Assembly (NCBI GenBank): GCA_964016885.1
Contig: OZ024740.1
Location: 440,882,001-440,946,000 of the forward strand
From: Eledone cirrhosa
Lineage: Eukaryota
Length of the DNA stretch: 64,000 bases
Reading direction: 5' to 3'
Under the pieces are notes generated by a model, which did not search any database, was not told where the DNA came from, and saw only the letters and a list, made by a program, of their open reading frames with translations. Positions 52,901-64,000 of the stretch are shown here, in pieces. Position 1 is the first letter of the stretch. Each line of letters starts with the position of its first letter. The translations under genes and the position numbers were made by a program.

Positions 52901-55900
52901 TGGTTCTCACGTAGTAGTGTTGGTTCTAACATAGTAGTGTTGGTTCTAACCTAGTAGTGTTGGTTCTCACATAGTAGTGTAGGTTCTAACATAGTAGTGT
53001 TGGTTCTAACATAGTAGTGTTCGTTCTCACATAATAGTGTTGGTTCTAACATAGTAGTGTTCGTTCTCACATAGTAGTGTTGGTTCTCACATAGTAGTGT
53101 TGGTTCTCACGTAGTAGTGTTGGTTCTCTCATAGTAGTGTTGGTTCTAACATAGTAGTGTTGGTTCTCACATAGTAGTGTTGGTTCTAACATAGTAGTGT
53201 TGGTTCTAACATAGTAGTGTTGGTTCTAACATAGTAGGGTTAGTTCTATAACATAGTAGTGTTGGTTCTAACATAGTAGTGTTGGTTCTCACATAGTAGT
53301 GTTGGTTCTCACATAGTAGTGTTGGTTCTCACATAGTAGTGTTGGTTCTCACATAGTAGTGTTGGTTCTCACATAGTAGTGTTGGTTTTCACATAGTAGT
53401 GTTGGTTCTAACATAGTAGTGTTGGTTCTAACATAGTAGTGTTGGTTCTCACATAGTAGTGTTGGTTCTCACACAGTAGTGTTGGTTCTCACATAGTAGT
53501 GTTGGTTCTCACATAGTAGTGTTGGTTCTAACATAGTAGTGTTGGTTCTAACATAGTAGTGTTGGTTCTCACATAGTAGTGTTGGTTCTCACATAGTAGT
53601 GTTGGTTCTCACATAGTAGTGTTGGTTCTCACATAGTAGTGTTGGTTCTCTCATAGTAGTGTTGGTTCTAACATAGTAGTGTTGGTTCTCACATAGTAGT
53701 GTTGGTTCTAACATAGTAGTGTTGGTTCTAACATAGTAGTGTTGGTTCTCACATAGTAGTGTTGGTTCTAACATAGTAGTGTTGGTTCTAACATAGTAGT
53801 GTTGGTTCTAACATAGTAGGGTTAGTTCTATAACATAGTAGTGTTGGTTCTAACATAGTAGTGTTGGTTCTCACATAGTAGTGTTGGTTCTCACATAGTA
53901 GTGTTGGTTCTAACATAGTAGTGTTGGTTCTAACATAGTAGGGTTGGTTCTAAAATAGTAGTGTTGGTTCTAAAAAAGTAGTGTTGGTTCTCACATAGTA
54001 GTGTTGGTTCTAAAATAGTAGGGTTGGTTTTAACATAGTAGTGTTGGTTCTCACATAGTAGAGTTGTTTCTCACATAGTAGTGTTGGTTCTCACATAGTA
54101 GTGTTGGTTCTAACATAGTAGTGTTGGTTCTCACATAATAGTGTTGGTTCTAACATAGAAGGGTTGGTTTTAACATAGTAGTGTTGGCTCTCACATAGTA
54201 GTGTTGTTTCTCATATAGTAGGGTTGGTTCTCACATAGTAGTGTTGGTTCTCACATAGTAGTGTTGGTTCTCACATAGTAGTGTTGGTTCTCACATAGAG
54301 GTGTTGGTTCTCACATAGTAGTGTTGGTTCTCACATAGTAGTGTTGGTTCTCACATAATAGTGATGGTTCTCACATAGTAGGGTTGGTTCTAACATAGTA
54401 GTGTTGGTTCTCACATAGTAGTGTTGGTTCTCACATAGTATTGTAGGTTCTAACATAGTAGTGTTGGTTCTCACATAGTATTGTTGGTTCTCACATAGTA
54501 GTGTTGGTTTTCACGTAGTAGTGTAGGTTCTAACATAGTAGTGTTGGTTCTAACATAGTAGTGTTGGTTCTAACATAGTAGTGTTGGTTCTCACATAGTA
54601 GTGTTGGTTCTAACATAGTAGTGTTGGTTCTCACATAGTAGTGTTGGTTCTCACATAGTAGTGTTGGTTCTAACATAGTGGTGTGGGTTCTCACATAGAA
54701 GTGTTGGTTCTCACATAGTAGTGTTGGTTCTCACATAGTAGGGTTGGTTCTCACATAGTAGTCTTGGTTCTAAAATAGTAGTGTTGGTTCTAACATAGTA
54801 GTGTTGGTTCTAACATAGTAGTGTTGGTTCTCACATAGTAGTGTTGGTTCTCACATAGTAGTGTTGGTTCTCACATAGTAGTGTTGGTTCTCACATAGTA
54901 GTGTTGGTTCTCACATAGTAGTGTTGGTTCTCACACAGTAGTGTTGGTTCTCACATAGTAGTGTTGGTTCTAACATAGTAGTGTTGGTTCTAACATAGTA
55001 GTGTTGGTTCTCACATAGTAGTGTTGGTTCTCACATAGTAGTGTTGGTTCTCACATAGTAGTGTTGGTTCTCACATAGTAGTGTTGGTTCTCACATAGTA
55101 GTGTTGGTTCTCACATAGTAGTGTTGGTTCTAACATAGTAGTGTTGGTTCTAACCTAGTAGTGTTGGTTCTCACATAGTAGTGTAGGTTCTAACATAGTA
55201 GTGTTGGTTCTAACATAGTAGTGTTCGTTCTCACATAATAGTGTTGGTTCTAACATAGTAGTGTTCGTTCTCACATAGTAGTGTTGGTTCTCACATAGTA
55301 GTGTTGGTCCTCACATAGTAGTGTTGGTTCTCTCATAGTAGTGTTGGTTCTAACATAGTAGTGTTGGTTCTCACATAGTAGTGTTGGTTCTAACATAGTA
55401 GTGTTGGTTCTAACATAGTAGTGTTGGTTCTAACATAGTAGGGTTAGTTCTATAACATAGTAGTGTTGGTTCTAACATAGTGGTGTTGGTTCTCACATAG
55501 TAGTGTTGGTTCTCACATGGTAGTATTGGTTCTAACATAGTAGTGTTGGTTCTAACATAGTAGGGTTGGTTCTAAAATAGTAGTGTTGGTTCTAAAAAAG
55601 TAGTGTTGGTTCTCACATAGTAGTGTTGGTTCTAAAATAGTAGGGTTGGTTTTAACATAGTAGTGTTGGTTCTCACATAGTAGTGTTGTTTCTCACATAG
55701 TAGTGTTGGTTCTCACATAGTAGTGTTGGTTCTAACATAGTAGTGTTGGTTCTCACATAATAGTGTTGGTTCTAACATAGAAGGGTTGGTTTTAACATAG
55801 TAGTGTTGGTTCTCACATAGTAGTGTTGTTTCTCACATAGTAGGGTTGGTTCTAACATAGTAGTGTTGGTTCTCACATAGTAGTGTTGGTTCTCACATAG

Positions 55901-58900
55901 TAGTGTTGGTTCTCACATACAGGTGTTGGTTCTCACATAGTAGTGTTGGTTCTCACATAGTAGTGTTGGTTCTCAAATAATAGTGATGGTTCTCACATAG
56001 TAGGGTTGGTTCTAACATAGTAGTGTTGGTTCTCACATAGTAGTGTTGGTTCTGACATAGTAGTGTTGGTTCTCACATAGTATTGTAGGTTCTAACATAG
56101 TAGTGTTGGTTCTCACATAGTATTGTTGGTTCTCACATAGTAGTGTTGGTTTTCACGTAGTAGTGTAGGTTCTAACATAGTAGTGTTGGTTCTAACATAG
56201 TAGTGTTGGTTCTAACATAGTAGTGTTGGTTCTCACATAGTAGTGTTGGTTCTAACATAGTAGTGTTGGTTCTCACATAGTAGTGTTGGTTCTCACATAG
56301 TAGTGTTGGTTCTAACATAGTGGTGAGGGTTCTCACATAGAAGTGTTGGTTCTCACATAGTAGTGTTGGTTCTCACATAGTAGGGTTGGTTCTCACATAG
56401 TAGTCTTGGTTCTAAAATAGTAGTGTTGGTTCTCACATAGTAGTGTTGGTTCTCACATAGTAGGGTTGGTTCTAAAATAGTAGGGTTGGTTTTAACATAG
56501 TAGTGTTGGTTCTCACATAGTAGTGTTGGCTCTAACAAAGTAGTGTTGGTTCTAACATAGTAGTGTTGGTTCTCACATAGTAGTGTTGGTTCTAACATAG
56601 TAGTGTTGGTTCTAACATAGTAGTGTTGGTTCTCACATAGTAGGGTTGGTTCTCACATAGTAGTGTTGGTTCTAACATAGTGGTGTGGGTTCGCACATAG
56701 AAGTGTTGGTTCTAACATAGTAGTGTTGGTTCTAACATAGTAGTGTTGGTTCTAACATAGTAGTGTTGGTTCTCACATAGTAGTGTTGGTTCTCACATAG
56801 TAGTGTTGGTTCTAACATAGTAGTGTTGGTTCTAACATTGTAGTGTTGGTTCTAATATAGTAGTGTTGGTTCTAACATAGTAGTGTTGGTTCTCACATAG
56901 AAGTGCAGGTTCTAACATAGTAGGGTTGGTTCTAGCATAGTAGTGTTGGTTCTCACATAGTAGTGTTGGCTCTAACAAAGTAGTGTTGGTTCTAACATAG
57001 TAGTGTTGGTTCTCACATAGTAGTGTTGGTTCTAACATAGTAGTGTTGGTTCTAACATAGTAGTGTTGGTTCTCACATAGTAGTGCTGGTTCTCACATAG
57101 TAGTGTTGGTTCTAACATAGTGGTGTGGGTTCTCACATAGAAGTGTTGGTTCTAACATAGTAGTGTTGGTTCTCACATAGTAGTGTTGGCTCTCACATAG
57201 TAGTGTTGGTTCTAACATATTAGTGTTGGTTCTAACATAGTAGTGTTGGTTCTAATATAGTAGTGTTGGTTCTAACATAGTAGTGTTGGTTCTCACATAG
57301 TAGTGCAGGTTCTAACATAGTAGTGTTGGTTCTAGCATAGTAGTGTTGGTTCTCACATAGTAGTGTTGGTTCTCACATAGTAGTGTTGGTTCTCACATAG
57401 TAGGGTTGGTTCTCTCATAGTAGTGTTGGTTCTCACATAGTAGTGTTGGTTCTAACATAGTAGTGTTTGTTCTAACATAGTAGTGTTGGTTCTCACATAG
57501 TAGTGTTGGTTCTCACATAGTAGTGTTGGTTCTCACATAGTAGTGTTAGTTCTCACATAGTAGTGTTGTTTCTCACATAGTAGTGTTGGTTCTCACATAG
57601 TAGTGTTGGTTCTAACATAGTAGTGTTGGTTCTAACATAGTAGTGTTGCTTCTCACATAGTAGTCTTGGTTCTAACATAGTAGTGTTGGTTCTAACATAG
57701 TAGTGTTGGTTCTCACATAGTAGTGTTGACTCTAACGAAGTAGTGTTGGTTCTAACATAGTAGTGTTGGTTCTCACATAGTAGTGTTGGTTCTAACATAG
57801 TAGTGTTGGTTCTAACATAGTAGTGTTGCTTCTCACATAGTAGTGTTGGTTCTCACATAGTAGTGTTGGTTCTAACATAGTGGTGTGGGTTCTCACATAG
57901 AAGTGTTGGTTCTAACATAGTAGTGTTGGTTCTAACATAGTAGTGTTGGTTCTAACATAGTAGTGTTGGTTCTCACATAGTAGTGTTGGTTCTCACATAG
58001 TAGTGTTGGTTCTAACATAGTAGTGTTGGTTCTAACATAGTAGTGTTGGTTCTAATATAGTAGTGTTGGTTCTAACATAGTAGTGTTGGTTCTCACATAG
58101 AAGTGCAGGTTCTAACATAGTAGGGTTGGTTCTAGCATAGTAGTGTTGGTTCTCACATAGTAGTGTTGGCTCTAACAAAGTAGTGTTGGTTCTAACATAG
58201 TAGTGTTGGTTCTCACATAGTAGTGTTGGTTCTAACATAGTAGTGTTGGTTCTAACATAGTAGTGTTGGTTCTCACATAGTAGTGTTGGTTCTCACATAG
58301 TAGTGTGGGTTCTAACATAGTGGTGTGGGTTCTCACATAGAAGTGTTGGTTCTAACATAGTAGTGTTGGTTCTCACATAGTAGTGTTGGTTCTCACATAG
58401 TAGTGTTGGTTCTAACATATTAGTGTTGGTTCTAACATAGTAGTGTTGGTTCTAATATAGTAGTGTTGGTTCTAACATAGTAGTGTTGGTTCTCACATAG
58501 TAGTGCAGGTTCTAACATAGTAGGGTTGGTTCTAGCATAGTAGTGTTGGTTCTCACATAGTAGTGTTGGTTCTCACATAGTAGTGTTGGTTCTCACATAG
58601 TAGGGTTGCTTCTCACATAGTAGTGTTGGTTCTCACATAGTAGTGTTGGTTCTAAAATAGTAGTGTTTGTTCTAACATAGTAGTGTTGGTTCTCACATAG
58701 TAGTGTTGGTTCTCACATAGTAGTGTTGGTTCTCACATAGTAGTGTTAGTTCTCACATAGTAGTGTTGTTTCTCACATAGTAGTGTTGGTTCTCACATAG
58801 TAGTGTTGGTTCTAACATAGTAGTGTTGGTTCTAACATAGTAGTGTTGGTTCTCACATAGTAGTGTTGGTTCTAACATAGTAGTGTTGGTTCTAACATAG

Positions 58901-61900
58901 TAGTGTTGGTTCTCACATAGTAGTCTTGGTTCTAACATAGTAGTGTTGGTTGTCACATAGTAGTGTTGGTTCTCACATAGTAGTGTTGGTTCTAACATAG
59001 TAGTGTTGGTTCTCACATAGTAGTGTTGGTTCTCACATAGTAGGGTTGGTTCTCACATAGTAGTGTTGGTTCTCACATAGTAGTGTTGGTTCTCACATAG
59101 TAGTGTTGGTTCTAATATAGTAGTGTTGGTTCTAACATAGTAGTGTTGGTTCTCACATAGTAGTGCAGGTTCTAACATAGTAGGGTTGTTTCTAGCATAG
59201 TAGTGTTGGTTCTCACATAGTAGTATTGGTTCTCACATAGTAGTGTTGGTTCTCACATAGTAGGGTTGGTTCTCACATAGTAGTGTTGGTTCTCCCATAG
59301 TAGTGTTGGTTCTCACATAGTAGTGTTGGTTCTCACATAGTTGTGTTGGTTCTGACATAGTAGTGTTGGTTCTCACATAGTATTGTAGATTCTAACATAG
59401 TAGTGTTGGTTCTCACATAGTATTGTTGGTTCTCACATAGTAGTGTTGGTTTTCACGTAGTAGTGTAGGTTCTAACATAGTAGTGTTGGTTCTAACATAG
59501 TAGTGTTGGTTCTAACATAGTAGTGTTGGTTCTAACCTAGTAGTGTTGGTTCTCACGTAGTAGTGTTGGTTCTAACATAGTAGTGTTGGTTCTCACATAG
59601 TAGTGTTTGTTCTCACATAGTAGTGTTGGTTCTAACATAGTGGTGTGGGTTCTCACATAGAAGTGTTGGTTCTCACATAGTAGTGTTGGTTCTCACATAG
59701 TAGGGTTGGTTCTCACATAGTATTCTTGGTTCTAAAATAGTAGTGTTGGTTCTCACATAGTAGTGTTGGTTCTCACATAGTAGGGTTGGTTCTAAAATAG
59801 TAGGGTTGGTTTTAACATAATAGTGTTGGTTCTCACATAGTAGTGTTGTTTCTCACATATTAGTGTTGGTTCTCACATAGTAGTGTTGACTCTAACGAAG
59901 TAGTGTTGGTTCTAACATAGTAGTGTTGGTTCTCACATAGTAGTGTTGGTTCTAACATAGTAGTGTTGGTTCTAACATAGTAGTGTTGCTTCTCACATAG
60001 TAGTGTTGGTTCTCACATAGTAGTGTTGGTTCTAACATAGTGGTGTGGGTTCTCACATAGAAGTGTTGGTTCTAACATAGTAGTGTTGGTTCTAACATAG
60101 TAGTGTTGGTTCTAACATAGTAGTGTTGGTTCTCACATAGTAGTGTTGGTTCTCACATAGTAGTGTTGGTTCTAACATAGTAGTGTTGGTTCTAACATAG
60201 TAGTGTTGGTTCTAATATAGTAGTGTTGGTTCTAACATAGTAGTGTTGGTTCTCACATATTAGTGTTGGTTCTAACATAGTAGTGTTGGTTCTAATATAG
60301 TAGTGTTGGTTCTAACATAGTAGTGTTGGTTCTCACATAGTAGTGCAGGTTCTAACATAGTAGGGTTGGTTCTAGCATAGTAGTGTTGGTTCTCACATAG
60401 TAGTATTGGTTCTCACATAGTAGTGTTGGTTCTCACATAGTAGGGTTGCTTCTCACATAGTAGTGTTGGTTCTCACATAGTAGTGTTGGTTCTAAAATAG
60501 TAGTGTTTGTTCTAACATAGTAGTGTTGGTTCTCACATAGTAGTGTTGGTTCTCACATAGTAGTGTTGGTTCTCACATAGTAGTGTTGGTTCTCACATAC
60601 TAGGGTTGCTTCTCACATAGTAGTGTTGGTTCTCACATAGTAGTGTTGGTTCTAAAATAGTAGTGTTTGTTCTAACATAGTAGTGTTGGTTCTCACATAG
60701 TAGTGTTGGTTCTCACATAGTAGTGTTGGTTCTCACATAGTAGTGTTAGTTCTCACATAGTAGTGTTGTTTCTCACATAGTAGTGTTGGTTCTCACATAG
60801 TAGTGTTGGTTCTAACATAGTAGTGTTGGTTCTAACATAGTAGTGTTGGTTCTCACATAGTAGTGTTGGTTCTAACATAGTAGTGTTGGTTCTAACATAG
60901 TAGTGTTGGTTCTCACATAGTAGTCTTGGTTCTAACATAGTAGTGTTGGTTGTCACATAGTAGTGTTGGTTCTCACATAGTAGTGTTGGTTCTAACATAG
61001 TAGTGTTGGTTCTCACATAGTAGTGTTGGTTCTCACATAGTAGGGTTGGTTCTCACATAGTAGTGTTGGTTCTCACATAGTAGTGTTGGTTCTCACATAG
61101 TAGTGTTGGTTCTAACATAGTGGTGTTGGTTCTAACATAGTAGTGTTGGTTCTAACATAGTAGTGTTGGTTCTCACATAGTAGTGTTGGTTCTAACATAG
61201 TAGTGTTGGTTCTAACATAGTAGTGTTGGTTCTCACATAGTAGTCTTGGTTCTAACATAGTAGTGTTGGTTGTCACATAGTAGTGTTGGTTCTCACATAG
61301 TAGTGTTGGTTCTAACATAGTAGTGTTGGTTCTCACATAGTAGTGTTGGTTCTCACATAGTAGGGTTGGTTCTCACATAGTAGTGTTGGTTCTCACATAG
61401 TAGTGTTGGTTCTCACATAGTAGTGTTGGTTCTAACATAGTGGTGTTGGTTCTAACATAGTAGTGTTGGTTCTAACATAGTAGTGTTGGTTCTCACATAG
61501 TAGTGTTGGTTCTAACATAGTAGTGTTGGTTCTCACATAGTAGTGTTGGTTCTCACATAGTAGTGTTAGTTCTCACATAGTAGTGTTGTTTCTCACATAG
61601 TAGTGTTGGTTCTCACATAGTAGTGTTGGTTCTAACATAGTAGTGTTGGTGCTAACATAGTAGTGTTGCTTCTCACATAGTAGTCTTGGTTCTAACATAG
61701 TAGTGTTGGTTCTAACATAGTAGTGTTGGTTCTCACATAGTAGTGTTGGTTCTAACATAGTGGTGTTGGTTCTAACATAGTAGTGTTGGTTCTAACATAG
61801 TAGTGTTGGTTCTCACATAGTAGTGTTGGTTCTCACATAGTAGGGTTGGTTCTCACATAGTAGTGTTGGTTCTCACATAGTAGTGTTGGTTCTCACATAG

Positions 61901-64000
61901 TAGTGTTGGTTCTAACATATTAGTGTTGGTTCTAACATAGTAGTGTTGGTTCTAATATAGTAGTGTTGGTTCTAACATAGTAGTGTTGGTTCTCACATAG
62001 TAGTGCAGGTTCTAACATAGTAGGGTTGTTTCTAGCATAGTAGTGTTGGTTCTCACATAGTAGTATTGGTTCTCACATAGTAGTGTTGGTTCTCACATAG
62101 TAGGGTTGGTTCTCACATAGTAGTGTTGGTTCTCCCATAGTAGTGTTGGTTCTCACATAGTAGTGTTGGTTCTCACATAGTTGTGTTGGTTCTGACATAG
62201 TAGTGTTGGTTCTCACATAGTATTGTAGGTTCTAACATAGTAGTGTTGGTTCTCACATAGTATTGTTGGTTCTCACATAGTAGTGTTGGTTTTCACGTAG
62301 TAGTGTAGGTTCTAACATAGTAGTGTTGGTTCTAACATAGTAGTGTTGGTTCTAACATAGTAGTGTTGGTTCTAACCTAGTAGTGTTGGTTCTCACGTAG
62401 TAGTGTTGGTTCTAACATAGTAGTGTTGGTTCTCACATAGTAGTGTTGGTTCTCACATAGTAGGGTTGGTTCTCACATAGTATTCTTGGTTCTAAAATAG
62501 TAGTGTTGGTTCTCACATAGTAGTGTTGGTTCTCACATAGTAGGGTTGGTTCTAAAATAGTAGGGTTGGTTTTAACATAGTAGTGTTGGTTCTCACATAG
62601 TAGTGTTGTTTCTCACATATTACTGTTGGTTCTCACATAGTAGTGTTGACTCTAACGAAGTAGTGTTGGTTCTAACATAGTAGTGTTGGTTCTCACATAG
62701 TAGTGTTGGTTCTAACATAGTAGTGTTGGTTCTAACATAGTAGTGTTGCTTCTCACATAGTAGTGTTGGTTCTCACATAGTAGTGTTGGTTCTAACATAG
62801 TGGTGTGGGTTCTCACATAGAAGTGTTGGTTCTAACATAGTAGTGTTGGTTCTAACATAGTAGTGTTGGTTCTAACATAGTAGTGTTGGTTCTCACATAG
62901 TAGTGTTGGTTCTCACATAGTAGTGTTGGTTCTAACATAGTAGTGTTGGTTCTAACATAGTAGTGTTGGTTCTAATATAGTAGTGTTGGTTCTAACATAG
63001 TAGTGTTGGTTCTCACATAGAAGTGCAGGTTCTAACATAGTAGGGTTGGTTCTAACATATTAGTGTTGGTTCTAACATAGTAGTGTTGGTTCTAATATAG
63101 TAGTGTTGGTTCTAACATAGTAGTGTTGGTTCTCACATAGTAGTGCAGGTTCTAACATAGTAGGGTTAGTTCTAGCATAGTAGTGTTGGTTCTCACATAG
63201 TAGTATTGGTTCTCACATAGTAGTGTTGGTTCTCACATAGTAGGGTTGCTTCTCACATAGTAGTGTTGGTTCTCACATAGTAGTGTTGGTTCTAAAATAG
63301 TAGTGTTTGTTCTAACATAGTAGTGTTGGTTCTCACATAGTAGTGTTGGTTCTCACATAGTAGTGTTGGTTCTCACATAGTAGTGTTAGTTCTCACATAG
63401 TAGTGTTGTTTCTCACATAGTAGTGTTGGTTCTCACATAGTAGTGTTGGTTCTAACATAGTAGTGTTGGTTCTAACATAGTAGTGTTGGTTCTCACATAG
63501 TAGTGTTGGTTCTAACATAGTAGTGTTGGTTCTAACATAGTAGTGTTGGTTCTCACATAGTAGTCTTGGTTCTAACATAGTAGTGTTGGTTGTCACATAG
63601 TAGTGTTGGTTCTCACATAGTAGTGTTGGTTCTAACATAGTAGTGTTGGTTCTCACATAGTAGTGTTGGTTCTCACATAGTAGGGTTGGTTCTCACATAG
63701 TAGTGTTGGTTCTCACATAGTAGTGTTGGTTCTCACATAGTAGTGTTGGTTCTAACATAGTGGTGTTGGTTCTAACATAGTAGTGTTGGTTCTAACATAG
63801 TAGTGTTGGTTCTCACATAGTAGTGTTGGTTCTAACATAGTAGTGTTGGTTCTAACATAGTAGTGTTGGTTCTCACATAGTAGTCTTGGTTCTAACATAG
63901 TAGTGTTGGTTGTCACATAGTAGTGTTGGTTCTCACATAGTAGTGTTGGTTCTAACATAGTAGTGTTGGTTCTCACATAGTAGTGTTGGTTCTCACATAG
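34956..64000. repeat. 20-bp tandem satellite (t[a/c]acatagtagtgttggttc)n, ~1450 units, running off the window end
   Basis: Exact 20-bp phase, broken only by six 22-bp variants. Variant blocks recur as higher-order repeats. Confidence 0.99.

Noticed and set aside
34956-64000. CRISPR array, or repeated ORFs (MLEPTLLCENQHYYVRTNTT)n
   Set aside because: There are no unique spacers or cas genes. The ORFs are chance stop-free runs of a 20-bp unit read across three frames.

Overview
A eukaryotic, repeat-dominated window with no recognisable host gene. It is probably from an octopod cephalopod, inferred from the tRNA-derived SINE family and the (TA)n/(CA)n-rich context. Two large satellites flank a ~20.5 kb retroelement island. 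The 29-bp array (~1.03-14.40 kb, ~460 units) expanded inside a single tRNA-derived SINE, and the 20-bp array (34.96 kb to the window end, ~1450 units) has higher-order structure. The island holds two decayed Penelope-like elements (PLEs; RT plus C-terminal GIY-YIG), a third PLE remnant, a decayed RTE-clade LINE with three C-terminal C2H2 fingers, and SINE copies. It also has several short non-coding fold-back elements. Five elements share the same inverted geometry (3' ends pointing outward), and five sequence families carry minimal hammerhead-ribozyme cores (CUGANGA...GAAA). Most sit nested in (TA)n tracts. Coordinates were read by eye and may be off by a few bases.
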